A stretch of 64,000 nucleotides of DNA from Eledone cirrhosa (GCA_964016885.1 OZ024741.1:339574001-339638000); one strand, 5' to 3'. Shown: positions 25,650 through 39,518, counted from the first letter of the stretch. Numbers and translations: made by a program. The notes: a model not told the origin generated them from the sequence alone.

Positions 25650-28050
25650 ATCTCACCACCACCATCACCACCACCACTGCCATCACCACCACAACCACCA
25701 CCACCACCACCATCACCACCACTACCACCAACATCACCACCACCACTGTCACCATCACTACCACTACCACTACGACCATCACCACCACCACCACCAAAAC
25801 CATTACCACCACCACCACTACCACTATCACCACCACCACTGCCATCACCACCACCACCACCACCATCGCCACCACCACTACCACCAACATCACCACCACC
25901 ACTGTCACCATCACTACCACTACGACCATCACCACCACCCCTACCACCATCGCCACCACCACTATCACCATCGTCACCACCACCACCACTGCTACGACGA
26001 CGACCACGACCCCCCACACTACTTCTATCACCTCTCACCCCTCAGCCCCAGTAACACCCCCCTCCATCATATGCTTGTGTTATCTAAATCAAAGCAATAC
26101 CTCCCAGTTTTCCTTTACGTTAACCATAGCAACAGCAAACACGTTTCTTTGTGTGTGTGTTTGTGTGAGTGAGTGTGTGTGAGTGTGTGTGCGTGAGTGT
26201 GTGTGTATGAGTGTGTGTGTGTGAGTGAGTGTGTGTGAGTGTGCGCGTGCCTGTGTGTGTGCGTGTTTGTGTGAGTGTGTGTGTGTGAGTGTGTGCGTGC
26301 CTGTGTGTGTGGGTGCATTTGTGTGAGTGAGTGTGTGTGAGTGTGCGCGTGCCTGTGTGTGTGTGTGCTTGTGTCAGTGTGTGTGAGTGTGCGCGTGCTT
26401 GTGTGAGTGTGTGTGTGTGTGAGTATGCGTGTTTGTGCGAGTGTGTGTGTGTGTGAGTGTGCGCGTGCCTGTGTGTGTGGGTGTATTTGTGTGTAAATGT
26501 GAATATCTCTCTATGTGAACATGTGTAGGCGAGTGTCTACATGTATGTGTATCTGTGTGTGCAAGTATGTGTGCGCATGTGTGTGTATATATGTGTGTGT
26601 GGGTGCGTGTGTGTATGGGTACATGTGTGTGAGTGTATGTGTCTGTGCATGTGTGTGTGCATGCGTGTGAATGCATGAAGGTGGGTACATGTGTGTGGAT
26701 ACATGGGTGTGAGTGCATGTGAGTGTGCATGTGTGTGTGTGCATGTATGTGCATATGTGTGTGTGCATGTCTGCGCGTGTATGTGTGTGAGTGCATGTGT
26801 GTGTGCATGAGTGTGTGTGTGCATTGTGTGTGTACATGTGTGTGCATGAGTGTATTCATGAGTGTGTGCATGTGTGTGTGTGCATGTGTGCGTACATGTG
26901 TGTATACATGTATCTGTGCATGTGTGCATGGGTGTGTCCATGTGTGCGTACATGTGTGTGTGCATGTGTGTGTGCATGTGTGTGTGCATGTGTGTGCATG
27001 TGTGTGTGAACGTGTACGTTATTGTAGGTGTCTCCCTGTGTGTCTGTAAAACGTCAGACATGGCAGCATGCTAAGGAACTCCTTCTTGCAGTCCCCTCGT
27101 CCCGAGTTCAATTCTACTACTCGGCGTTTAGATCAATATATTCTACAGTAGATTAGCGTTGATCAATACCTGATCAATAATATTCAATATCTGATCAATG
27201 ATATTTACTGGACCAAGGTTTCTCAAATTAGGGTGACAAGAAGAAGAAGAAGAAGAAGAAGAAGAAGAAGAAGAAGAAGAAGAAGAAGAAGAAGAAGAAG
27301 AAGAAGAAGAAGAAGAAGAAGAAGAAAAAGAACAAGAACAACAACTCCAACTAATAATAAGAATACCACAATGAACACCACCATCACCACCAGCAACAGT
27401 AATACCAACAACACCAACACCACCACCACCACCAACAACAACAACAATAACAGCAAATCCAACACCACCGCCGCCACCACCACCACCACCACCACCACCA
27501 CCAACAACAACAACAATAACAGCAAATCCAACACCACCAACAACACCACCACCACCACCAGCACCACCAGCACCAACACCATCACCACCACCAGCACCAA
27601 CACCACCGCCACCAACAATAACAGCACCCACACCATCACCACCACCACCAGCACCAACACCACCACCACCACCAGTACCGCCGCCGCCACCACCACCACC
27701 ACCACCACCAACAACAACAACACCACCACCACCAACAACACCACCGCCACCAACAATAACAGCACCACCACCACCACCACCACCAACAACACCACCGCCA
27801 CCAACAATAACAGCACCACCACCACCACCGCCACCACCACCAACAACACCACCACCACCACCACCACCGCCACCACCACCAACAACACCACCACCACTAC
27901 CACCACCACCGCCACCACCACCAACAACACCACCACCACCACCGCCACCACCACCAACAACACTACCACCACCACCACCACCACCACCACCAACACCACC
28001 ACCACCAACACCACCACCACCACCAACAACAACAATAACAACAGCATATC
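25650..28050. repeat. Compound microsatellites (CAC)n, (TG)n/TGCA, (GAA)n, (CAC/CAA)n
   Basis: Directly visible. Confidence 0.9.
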
Positions 28051-28479
28051 TTTCAGTAACCCCACCAATTATTTACTGCGGTAATTAAGGTTAATACTAA
28101 CCTCTATCGAAGTTGTTTGAATTGTAGTAATTAACTTTTAATTATAACATTTACTTTATAGAAGCATCGTAATACAATGGATCACCACCAACACTGTCAC
28201 CACCACCACAACCACCACCACCTCCACTGCCACCACTACTGTCATTACCCCAACATCATCATCATCTACCACCACAAACACAACCATCTGTATCACAATC
28301 ACTACCACCATCACCACAATGGATCACCACCACGAAGACAACAATCCCCACCACCACCACCACAGCCACAACTACCTTAAAACAGTTCTCCATTACAATT
28401 CATGTTTTGCAAGTGTACTGTCCTCTTGACGTACTCTGTGACCTGACCACAGGAGATGCTGTTTCATGATCAAGGTCTT

Positions 28480-29095
28480 GATGTTTAGTAGACAGACTCA
28501 CTGCAGCACATTAGTATCTGGTGTATGAGGTTTCCATGAGATTTTCAGGATGAAGCACAAGCATTGTTGGTGGAAAGGTTCGAGGGGCTGGATATGCCTA
28601 AAGTACGTTGTCCATGTCTCACATCCATACAGCTAGGCTGTAAGCACACATTCTTCAAAATCTTCAACTTTCGTGTGCACACTGATATCTGACTGTGACC
28701 GCATTAGTATCTGGTGTATCAGGCCTCGATGAGATTTTGAGGATGGACCGCAAGTGTTGTTAGTAGAAAAGTTCGAGGGGCTGGATATACCTGAAGTATG
28801 TTGTCCATGTCACATCTATACAGCTATGCTGTAAGCACACATCCTTCAAAAACTTCAGCTTTCTGACTGTGACCATATTAGTATCTGGTGTATGATCTCC
28901 ATGAGATTTTGAGGATGGAGTGCAAGCATTGTTGGTGGAAACGTTCGAGGGGCTGAATATGCCTAAACTATGTTGTCCGTGCCTCACATCCATACAGCTA
29001 GTCTGTAAGCACACAATGCTTGAAACACTTCAACTCTCGTGCCTACACTAATATCTGAATGTGACCACAGGCTTACCAACAGTTACAAACTCATT
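28480..29095 (-). mobile_element. Three tandem, diverged copies (about 190-200 bp) of an RTE-clade LINE ORF fragment
   Basis: Minus strand encodes LYGCETWTTYFRHIQPLEPFHQQCL...ILKISW, a typical post-RT motif of RTE/BovB elements, repeated three times. Confidence 0.75.
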
Positions 29096-29304
29096 CACAA
29101 CGTTCAATATAAAAATTCATGATAAGGACTGAACATAATAGAATCAAATTCCCATTGTTATTACCTCCGTCTCTCTCACTCTGCGCATCTCTCACTACTA
29201 TAAGATTCATCAACTGTTTATGATATGATATGAAATATATATGATATGATATGATATATGTGATATATATATGATACAATATGATATATATATATATGAT
29301 ATAT

Positions 29305-29373
<69 letters not shown>

Positions 29374-30114
29374 TTTCAATATGAAGTAGTCAGATATCAA
29401 ACATTCATCCAAGTGCCATGAATACCTTGTGGTCTTATCGACGTTGTCATGACATACTATCTGTCACGAGGCCTTTTTATCTGACTGTGCCCATTCCTCT
29501 CCAGGTCTGACAATAACCCATTTCTTCCAAAGAAGGAGAGCGAAAATTCTAGTGGAATTATCGACCCAGTATTCGACTGGTACTTGGTTTATCTACGTTG
29601 ACAAAAAAAAAAGAAAAAAGAAAAAAAGAAAATGAAACGCAGTTTGACCTCGAAAGATTTGAACTCTGAATACAAAAATATCGGAAGGAACAAAGCTTAG
29701 TATTTTATCAGAGCTTCTAATGACTCCGCCAGTTCAACGTCTTTATACGAAAGCAACCAGAGAACAAAGATAAATCTTTACAAACAAATCACAAAACATA
29801 AAAAAACAACAAACATTTAAAGAAATAAAAAACATTATATAAACAAGAGCAAAAAAATCAAAAAAAAACCAGAGAAAAACCAATAACAAATTCTTTTGAA
29901 AAATTGGAATAATAAGGATACAACAACAACAATAATAACAAAGAAAACGACAAAAACACCTACAACAAAAACACTAACAACAAAAAAACAACAATACAGC
30001 AACACAATAACATGAACTACAAGAAAAAAGACTGCAGATGTCAACACAAGTCTTCCTTCAAAGTAGAAGACAATGTCAATATGTTATGGTGTTGAAAAAC
30101 TGAGACATAATACA

Positions 30115-30210
<96 letters not shown>

Positions 30211-30211
<1 letters not shown>

Positions 30212-30434
30212 CAAAGGAATTGTGGTAAGGAACCAGATGGACCATAACGCACCAGAGTACTCAATACTTAGGGTAGCAGAGTGGGAAATAGGAAAAAGTA
30301 TGACCCCGACGGCAGAGCACAAGCCGTTTCGACGACTATTTCTGGACTAAATTAGAATTTTTCACCAGGCTAAAAGTTCTAACTTAGTCCAGAAATAGCC
30401 GTCGAAACGGCTTGAGCTCTGCCGTCGGGGTCAT
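30211..30434. repeat. (TA)n-embedded foldback element with hammerhead 3' half
   Basis: 30299-30350 is inverted at 30383-30434; contains GAAACGGC(ttgagctct)GCCGTC-GGGGTC. Same family at 40858-40990 and 61895-61940. Confidence 0.65.
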
Positions 30435-30506
30435 ATATATATATATATATATATATATAAATGAAAGGTATAAAAAGTATTGTAGTAAGAAGCCATATAT
30501 AGCTAG

Positions 30507-31475
30507 GTGTGCCCAGGCGCTCACGGCTCTCTGGCAGGCGGACCCGGCTGTCAGTGGAGAATCCACCTCGTCATCCTATAGAGGGCTGGTGGTTAGCAGG
30601 TGCGATGACGCCCTCGGAGAAGCCCTAGGCATGGAGGAAGACGAACTGGCCAACCTGTTCGGTAGGACATTCAGCCCGGTACCCATGTATAACTTCCAGA
30701 GGTCCCTGGCCTGGCAGTGCTACCGAGGGGCTCTGCCCGTTCGAGAAAGGCTCTACAGACACGGGCGCCCAGGTAGGGACCCCTCGAAAAAGATCTGTCC
30801 CAGATACGTGTGCGACGAGGAAACCGTTGCACACGCATTGGTACACTGCTCGGGCATTGCCGATCTGTGGGGCTATGTCGAACAACTGCTGTCAAGGGTG
30901 GGACCGATCCGGTTGACCACCTATTGTAACGATCAAGCCGCCTCCCCTCTTCAAAAACGAAGGAGAAGCGGTGTTTCTGTGCGTAATAGCCATGGCGAAA
31001 GAGGTTGTATGGTGGACGCGTCTGAAAGGACTGAGGTCAGACACCTTTCTCTCTGGCCAACAACTGGTCCGTTTCTTCCGATATCATTTCGGAAGAAGGA
31101 TCAGGATGGAGAGAGAGGTACTGCACCCCAGCCGTTTTTATGAAAGATGGGTGAAAGTGGCGAGAATGGCCCGTGTGAATGGGCCTTCACTCTACATCAG
31201 ACTATAGGTGAGGAAGATGAAAGACCAAGGGAGCACCCTTTCTCTGTGCTCCTGAGGAGAAGGGTTGCACACTTTTTTTCGGGGGGGGGGGGGGGGTGCG
31301 ACCCCCCAAGGCGCCTCCTCTCTATTGAGGATTTTGTTATAAATTTTATCTTGTTACATTTTATTTTATTTTTATATTTTGTTATTGCCTCCTCCTTATT
31401 GAGGACGCCTTATGTAAACTCCCTCCATTGTACTTGTCCCACTTTTTGATGCCCTGGTGGCAAATAAAAAGAAAA
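30507..31475 (+). mobile_element. 5'-truncated Tx1/L1-clade LINE (frameshifted)
   Basis: Closely similar to 24495-25463; the 3' end is followed by TATCTATC repeats. Confidence 0.9.
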
Positions 31476-31518
31476 TTATCTATCGTCAATCTATTTATCT
31501 ATCTGTCTATCTAACTTC

Positions 31519-31639
<121 letters not shown>

Positions 31640-31846
31640 GTTAGATAGACAGATAGATAAATAGATTGACGATAGCTAGATAGTTACCTACCTAGCTAGC
31701 TAGCTAGATAGTTAGTTAGATAGATAGATAGATAGCTAGCTAGCTAGAGATAGATAGATGGGTAGATAGATAGAGGCGTAGAAGGAGGTGAGGTGAGTCA
31801 TGTATTAGTTGCTGACAATCACAACCAACAGCACCATCACTACCAT

Positions 31847-31915
<69 letters not shown>

Positions 31916-31980
31916 CACCACCACTACTACTGCTACTACTACTACTACTACCACTACTACTCCTACCACCTCCACCACCA

Positions 31981-32046
<66 letters not shown>

Positions 32047-32050
32047 CACC

Positions 32051-32141
<91 letters not shown>

Positions 32142-32347
32142 AAACAACAACAGCAGTACCAACATCATCGCCACCACCACCACCACCACCACCACCAACA
32201 ACCCCCCCCCAACATCACCCTCAAGCAAACAATGAAACGACGGAAGTCTTTGATACTGGAAGATAGTTGTAGGGTTGACATCCTCGTGAGATTTGTTTGA
32301 TATTTTCTTAAGTTTATGTGCGTGTGTATGTGTGTTTGTTATATATG

Positions 32348-32438
<91 letters not shown>

Positions 32439-32687
32439 GAAAAGTATAGAAATTGTTGTAGCGAGAAGCTAACAGTATTCCATAACATATATGTGACTAT
32501 AGCGTCAAAATGGGAAAATAGTTAACATAAGATATGGGAAAAATAATTCAAACTCAATTAAAAAAGAATCAGGATATAGTTTTATCCCACAGAATTTAGA
32601 GAAATCCAGGGAAAAATCAATAGAGCCCTAACTCATGATAAAACAAAGTCTAAAATACTCATCCTTCAATTTGGGACAACTTCAAAT

Positions 32688-32769
32688 GCTCTGTATAGTC
32701 TTGAAAAGACTATTTCACGAAAACTTTCAGTGGGGATGCTCACAGTTGGATTCCGTTCATCAGCAGAGC
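32688..32769 (-). ncRNA. Complete type I hammerhead ribozyme
   Basis: Minus strand: GCTCTG-CTGATGA-ACGGAA...TTTCGT-GAAA-TAGTCTT ttc AAGACTA-TA-CAGAGC; all three stems close. It lies in a (TA)n-flanked non-coding element of about 32435-33058. Confidence 0.85.
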
Positions 32770-34288
32770 TCAACATGGTAACCAAGGTCTCACTGATTAA
32801 TATGCCAAAAAGGGAATTTAAAAGCAGGCTAGTTTAACATCACGCGTGATTATGAAAAAACGCACATGTGGAAAAACAGGGCTGGTGACGTCAGAATGAG
32901 ACGAATGTTTGTTTACACGAAACAACAGTCAAAAACATTCCGAAAAAAACTCTACAATAAGGAGTTCAGCAAAAAGCAATATTATCGCGGTCTTTTTAAA
33001 AAAAAAATACCGGGATTAGTCACAAATAATTAAAGCCGTCTAGGAAATAAATCCGAGTATATATATATATAAATGATATATAAACGGAAAAAATGAAACG
33101 AAATTTCATTTCCCACTCTTAGTACGGCTGTTACTTAAATATAAGTATGTATACGTACATACATATATGTGTAGTAAGACGCCTCACGCTCCTTGATAGA
33201 ACAACGCCGGTTGAGAACGCCAGAGAAAGAAAAGACAGACAGCCACTGGAAAGCCGACGGATCACACGCCAGATACCAGCCTCTGTACAACACCATTGTT
33301 TGTGCTACAACAAAAAATAAACGTATATTTCATCTCTAATTTCTGCTGTTATTATGTCACTTGCATCTCGATAACATCTACAACTAATACTGCTAAAGTG
33401 GTGACCGACGTAAGAATTTAACGCAGCCCTTCTTTTTCATCAATTGTCCTTTTATTGCCACATTGTCGGCCCTTTTTTTCGCATCTTGCGAAAATAAAAA
33501 ATAATCCTTTTAAAATTATCGAAAAATTAGTAGTATTTCATAAACTTTTTGCTACACTCGACAACAACAACGACAGCAGCAGCAGCGACAACATTGTTTA
33601 ACCACTGACCAAAACAGGGAATAGTGAGTGGCAGCTTCATAGCCTTACCGACGCAAACCACCACACATCGGAAATATCAAAACGATTCATTCGTGTCGAT
33701 AATTTAGAGCGACTTTTTTTTTATTCACTTGCATATTCCATTTCCGTTGCCAACTTTTTCGCAACTTACAGAAGAAAAAAGAAAAAAGTGTATTTTTCCA
33801 AGGTGGCGTTGCGTTCCTTCCCCGTTTTGTAACGGACACATTTTTTGAATTGCGTATGTGTTCCATGACTGATCAAGAGAGAAGAGACTAAACTTTTTTT
33901 TGTGAACATAACTGCCCCGCATGGGGAAATACATGCCTTACCTTTTTCTAAGGGATTTTTAGCCACTGGCTACCTTTGTTGATATCCAACGCGGATATAT
34001 TTAAAAAAAAAAAAACATTTTTTTTTCTTCCTCTTTTTTACCCTATTTGATTTGGCTGGTTCGTTGAAGCAACGCGAGGGGACAGACGTTGAAAGAAAAA
34101 TTTTTTTTTAAAAGATATATATCTGTATTTTATGTATTTTGAATATTTCCTTATGTTTTGAATGTCTGTTTCTTTTTGCCCTTTAACTTTTTCTCAATAT
34201 TGGCTGTTCTCTTTTCACTGTACAAGGGTGCATTAATTGCTCTTTCGATATATAGGTATATATATTTGTTTTGATTTTAAAAGTTGAC

Positions 34289-35046
34289 ATGAATGTACCA
34301 CATTTGCCCGCCTTTACTGGAAAACCTAAGATGTGGTTTGCCCAGTTACAGGCGTATTTTACGGTCTGTAAGACCGAATCTGACCAGCGCCTCGCTGTAC
34401 TGATTAGCGGCCTTCCCCCTAATCTAGCAGATTCGGTCCAAGACCTAATTACAGACCCCCCCCCTCTGACTTGACGTATGAGTTTTTGAAGGGCGAGATT
34501 TTGAGGAGGAATTGTAAGTCGGTAGAGAGTCGTTTTCGGTCACTGATCGAGGACGAACGATTAGGTGACAGGACCCCTACCGCTTTTCTCCGGCATTTGC
34601 GGGATTTGAGCGATTCCCAAGATCAGGATAGCCCTTTCCTGAAGCAATTGTTCTTCTCTCGCCTACCTCAAGAGGTACAGGCGATCCTAGCCCATATGCT
34701 AGAGGTGAATACCCTGGATCACATTGCTGTCTCTGCTGACAAAATTGTAGAGGTGACGAAGTACGTTGCTTCCTCTTCTCTTCCTCAATCACGCTCATCA
34801 GCGTCTGATGACAAATTAATCACCACTATGGAAGCCATGACTCGTCAAATGGCGGAGTTGTGCACGGAATTCAGGTCCTTTGGACGGCAGAGGAGCCGCT
34901 CACGACGTTATTCAACTTCTCGCCACCGTAGCCCTTCCAACACACCAGGAACAACATATTGTTATTACCATGAAAGATATGGTAAAAAAGCCGCCCGTTG
35001 TAGGCCTCCTTGTGCTTACGAGGGAAAAGACGACCAGAGTCACTAA
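34289..35046 (+). CDS. Gypsy gag (frameshift in C9 tract at about 34456-34464)
   Basis: LPAF...PKMWFAQL...[13 protein letters not shown]...[18 protein letters not shown] split over two frames. Confidence 0.8.
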
Positions 35047-38000
35047 CGGCGGATAGTGCGCTCTGCGAAACAACATCTAACCGCCACTTTTTCATTGAGG
35101 ACCTGCTGTCAGGTAGAGCTTTTCTGGTTGACACAGGTGCAGCTTGTTCCGTATGGCCTGTGTGTTGTATGAAGGAGCCTCCCCCTGAGACGCCTATTGA
35201 GTTGCAGGCAGTAAATTGTTCGCCGATTCGAACTTTCGGACAAATCTCGTTACCTTTGCAGTTTCGTAATCTGCGGCGCGAGTTTAAATGGATATTTACT
35301 GTCGCTGCCTTGCCGTATCCGATTCTAGGCGCGGATTTTCTCCACCATTTTTCATTGACGGTGGACCTTCGTGGTAAACGCCTAATTGATGGCATCACGG
35401 GATTAACTGTTGTTGGCAAGGCAGCAGGAGTTCCAACGGTTAGCCCGATATTTTTTCTTGCTAACACCGGTGATCCTTTCCATGCGTTGTTGAACTCGTT
35501 CCCGCAACTGACACAGGGGAATTTTCGATTTGATGAACCTACTCATACCACGGAGCACTTCATATCTACAACTGGTGCTCCCGTTTTCTCTCGCCCTCGT
35601 CGCTTGCCTCCGGACAAACTCAAAGCAGCACGATCAGAATTTGATCATATGCTGCAAATGGGGATTATTCGTCCGTCCACGAGCCCGTGGGCGTCCCCAT
35701 TGCACATGGTACCGAAAGCGAATGGCGATTGGAGACCTACTGGAGATTATCGACGCCTGAATTCGATAACGGTACCGGACCGTTATCCTATCCCTCATCT
35801 GCAAGACTTTGCGTCTTCGTTGCAGGGATGCAAGATATTCTCCAAACTGGATTTAATTCGTGCGTACCATCAAATTCCTGTCCATAAAAGTGACATTCGA
35901 AAAACGGCTATAGTTACGCCATTTGGGTCTTTCGAGTTTTTGACTATGCCGTTCGGATTAAGGAATGCCGCTAGTACTTTTCAGCGGTTTATGGATGAGG
36001 TTACTCGCGGCCTCGATTTCGTCTATACCTATATTGACGATCTGCTCATTGCTAGTTCTTCTCCAGAGCAGCATACGTACCATTTGAACCTTCTTTTCCG
36101 CCGATTGAAGGCGTATAACGTGCAGCTTAATGCACCCAAATGTGTTTTTGGTGCTGAGTCACTGACTTTCTTGGGTCACGTCATCGATGCTGACGGAATT
36201 CGACCCCGGCCTGAGCGAGTTAAGGTCATAGAGGATTTGCCTCCACCGACCTCACTACGTCAGTTACGCCAGTTCTTAGGTCTGGTTAACTTTTATAGGC
36301 GTTTCGTGCCAAATTATGCCAAGTTGCTTTTCTCCCTGACAGAAATTTTGAAAAATTGTCGGAGGAAGAACAAAGATATTTCTTTGACAGACACTCAACT
36401 TGCTGATTTTCAGCACGCCAAAACTGTTTTGGCTAATGCTTCGTTACTGACTCACCCGGTACCCGGTGCAAGGCTAACGCTTTGTGTTGATGCATCGGAT
36501 ATCGCTGTGGGCGCAGTACTACAGCAAAACATCAATGGTTACCAGCAACTGCTGGAGTTTTTTTCCAAAAAGCTAAATCCTGCTGAGACGTGCTACAGCA
36601 CCTTTGGAAGAGAGCTTTTAGCCATCTATTTGGCCGTGAAACATTTTTCACATGTGCTAGAGGGTAGACAATTTACTATCCTCACTGACCATAAACCATT
36701 GACTTTTGCTTTGAGAGCAAAGGCTGATAAATACTCGCCCAGAGAGACGAGACACCTTGATTTCATCTCGCAATATACGAGTGATATCCAGCACATTCCG
36801 GGTTCACTAAATACAGCGGCCGATGCTTTGTCCCGCTTACCCGTGACAGCGATCTTGTCACCCTCTGACATAGATCTGACTCGTTTGGCTGCGGATCAGC
36901 CTCCCCTTGAGTCACTGGATGTCACATCGCCCGAGTTTGCGAATTGCGAGATGAAATACTTGCCTCTGTCGACTGCAGTTGGCCAAATTCTCTGCGACGT
37001 CTCTTTGGACGTGCCTAGGCCCTTCGTTCCAGAGAATCATCGTCGGACCGTGTTTCTGGGATTACATTGTATCTCGCATCCAGGATCTTCTGCCACAGCA
37101 AAGCTCATATCAGCTAGATTTTTCTGGCCAAATATGAGGCGTGAAATTGCTGCTTGGTGCCATTCCTGCGTCGCTTGCCAGAGATCAAAGGTCCATCGAC
37201 ACGTCAAGGCTCCCCTGGGTACCTTTGCTAACCCAGATGCGCGTTTTTCGCATATTCATATTGACATAGTGGGACCTTGGCCTGTCAGCGATGGTTTTTC
37301 TTATCTACTTACCGTCATTGACCGTTTTTCGAGATGGCCTGAGGCCATCCCCTTGAAAAACATCACCGCGGAGACAACAGCACGTGCTCTTGTGTCTGGA
37401 TGGATCTCTCGTTATGGAGTTCCATCCACAATAACTACCGACCGTGGACGACAGTTCGAGTCGAGCCTTTTCCTCGAGCTGTCAAAAATAATTGGTGCTA
37501 AACGCATTCGAACTACGGCATACCATCCCGCTTCGAATGGTATGGTGGAGCGTTTTCACCGCCAACTGAAGGCCTCCTTAATGGCCTCAATGGACTCGGC
37601 GCATTGGAGCGAGTACCTCCCTATTGTGCTACTAGGGATTCGGTCAACGGTGAAGGTCGACTTTGGATTTTCACCGGCCGAAGTACTGTACGGTGCCCCT
37701 CTGACGTTGCCCGGGCAAATGCTTGCCCCTATCGATCTTGATGCCCAAGATCACGCTTCCTACGTGTCCCGTTTGCGCTCCTATTTCCAGGATTTGCCGC
37801 CAATGGACACTAGGAAACAAACTGTCAAGACTGCTGTCCCGAGGGATATTGCCTCGTGGACGCATGTCTTTGTAAGGAATGATACGGTGAAGCCCCCGCT
37901 CACACAGCCTTACACTGGACCTTACCGTGTCTTAGCGCGCTCGGCTAAGCATTTCACGTTAGATATTAAGGGGTCCAGGGTGACAGTTACATTAGACAGG

Positions 38001-38294
38001 CTTAAGCAGGCGCACCTTGATACGGACGCTGTGGTTCCTGATCCACGAACCCCTTCGCATTTGCCTGTTGAGCGAACGACTGTTCCTGATCCACCATCAT
38101 CGCCTGTCCCTACACCACCACCATCGCCACGTTACAAGACCACAACCCGTTCAGGTCGTAGGGTCCACTGGCCCAAAAAAACTTTGCAGCACCGTCTATA
38201 TTTAGACTATGTTAGCTGCACCTTTTCTTTGCCTCTGTGTTTCTGCTTTTTCTTTGCCTTGTTTTTTTTTATGCATGCATGTCGTTTTTTTTAA
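35010..38294 (+). CDS. Gypsy pol (protease, RT, RNase H, integrase)
   Basis: LVDTGA, DYRRLN, YIDD, VDASD, TDHKPL, H-x3-H...C-x2-C, IDIVG/TDRG/NGMVER, GPY. It is in the -1 frame to gag, with slippery G GGA AAA at 35022-35028. Confidence 0.95.
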   Translation: MCLRGKRRPESLTADSALCETTSNRHFFIEDLLSGRAFLVDTGAACSVWPVCCMKEPPPETPIELQAVNCSPIRTFGQISLPLQFRNLRREFKWIFTVAALPYPILGADFLHHFSLTVDLRGKRLIDGITGLTVVGKAAGVPTVSPIFFLANTGDPFHALLNSFPQLTQGNFRFDEPTHTTEHFISTTGAPVFSRPRRLPPDKLKAARSEFDHMLQMGIIRPSTSPWASPLHMVPKANGDWRPTGDYRRLNSITVPDRYPIPHLQDFASSLQGCKIFSKLDLIRAYHQIPVHKSDIRKTAIVTPFGSFEFLTMPFGLRNAASTFQRFMDEVTRGLDFVYTYIDDLLIASSSPEQHTYHLNLLFRRLKAYNVQLNAPKCVFGAESLTFLGHVIDADGIRPRPERVKVIEDLPPPTSLRQLRQFLGLVNFYRRFVPNYAKLLFSLTEILKNCRRKNKDISLTDTQLADFQHAKTVLANASLLTHPVPGARLTLCVDASDIAVGAVLQQNINGYQQLLEFFSKKLNPAETCYSTFGRELLAIYLAVKHFSHVLEGRQFTILTDHKPLTFALRAKADKYSPRETRHLDFISQYTSDIQHIPGSLNTAADALSRLPVTAILSPSDIDLTRLAADQPPLESLDVTSPEFANCEMKYLPLSTAVGQILCDVSLDVPRPFVPENHRRTVFLGLHCISHPGSSATAKLISARFFWPNMRREIAAWCHSCVACQRSKVHRHVKAPLGTFANPDARFSHIHIDIVGPWPVSDGFSYLLTVIDRFSRWPEAIPLKNITAETTARALVSGWISRYGVPSTITTDRGRQFESSLFLELSKIIGAKRIRTTAYHPASNGMVERFHRQLKASLMASMDSAHWSEYLPIVLLGIRSTVKVDFGFSPAEVLYGAPLTLPGQMLAPIDLDAQDHASYVSRLRSYFQDLPPMDTRKQTVKTAVPRDIASWTHVFVRNDTVKPPLTQPYTGPYRVLARSAKHFTLDIKGSRVTVTLDRLKQAHLDTDAVVPDPRTPSHLPVERTTVPDPPSSPVPTPPPSPRYKTTTRSGRRVHWPKKTLQHRLYLDYVSCTFSLPLCFCFFFALFFFMHACRFF

Positions 38295-39184
38295 AAACAT
38301 TTTTCAAATCCTTATTCTGGATTCAATTTTTGCTAGAGCGGATAGCTCCCCCTTGTTGCATTGTTCGCCATCTTACTCCACATGTGAGTAATGACATCGA
38401 TTTTCAATAGTTTGAAAATCTGGCTCGAGGTACTGTAGTAAGACGCCTCACGCTCCTTGATAGAACAACGCCGGTTGAGAACGCCAGAGAAAGAAAAGAC
38501 AGACAGCCACTGGAAAGCCGACGGATCACACGCCAGATACCAGCCTCTGTACAACACCATTGTTTGTGCTACAACAAAAAATAAACGTATATTTCATCTC
38601 TAATTTCTGCTGTTATTATGTCACTTGCATCTCGATAACATCTACAACTAATACTGCTAAATATGTATACAGACGTACAGTAGTATGTATATATATATAC
38701 ATACATGCACACATATATATATGTACGTATGGATTCACCAAACATTTATTATAATGCTCGGTGTGTTTGTAAACAAACATCCCGTATAAAGCCGCAGTGT
38801 CTCGCAACCATCGTTGCTCGTTTGTTCAAGACTGACAAAGGAACGCTGTACTAGTTTCAAGCTTGTTAGCTATCGTCAGCAACGTATACCTTCCTGCCAG
38901 ATTGTTGAACGTCCGAAAGTATATACTTTCCTTATGCATATTAACGGCTGAGTAGCCCAATTTGCATACGTACATACATATATCTATGTACGTATACATA
39001 CTTATATTTAAGTAACAGCCGTACTAAGAGTGGGAAATGAAATTTCGTTTCATTTTTTCCGTTTATCGTTTTCGGTGCACCCGGCCGATTAACCCACTCG
39101 ATATGCAAATTGGGCTACTCAGCCGTTAATATGCATAAGGAAAGTATATACTTTTGGACGTTCAACAATCTGGCAGGAAGGTAT

Positions 39185-39227
39185 ACGTTGCTGACGATAG
39201 CTAATAAGCTTGAAACTAGTACAGCGT
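39185..39227 (+). ncRNA. Type I hammerhead ribozyme (inverted twin at 38843-38885)
   Basis: ACGTTG-CTGACGA-T-AGCT aata AGCT-T-GAAA-CTAG-TA-CAGCGT. Confidence 0.85.
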
Positions 39228-39420
39228 TCCTTTGTCAGTGTTGGACAAACGAGCAACGGTGGTTGCTAGACACTGTGGCTTTATACGGGATGTTTGTTTA
39301 CAAACACACCGAGCATTATAATAAATGTTTGGTGAATCCATACGTACATATATATATGTGTGCATATATATATACATACTACTGTACGTCTGTATACATA
39401 TATGTATGTACGTATACATA

Positions 39421-39518
<98 letters not shown>

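Larger units (their letters stand above)
33170..38661 (+). mobile_element. Ty3/Gypsy LTR retrotransposon, CsRn1-like clade
   Basis: LTRs 33170-33397 and 38434-38661 (228 bp, identical by eye); 4-bp TSD TATG; PBS TGGTGACCGACGT resembling tRNA-Trp; CHCC gag knuckle. Confidence 0.95.
33080..39425. mobile_element. About 420-nt HHR element in foldback arrangement, left arm interrupted by Gypsy
   Basis: Right arm 38970-39425 is terminally redundant (period 420). Left arm 33080-33169 + 38662-38968 is its reverse complement. Hammerheads at 38843-38885 (-) and 39185-39227 (+). Confidence 0.8.
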
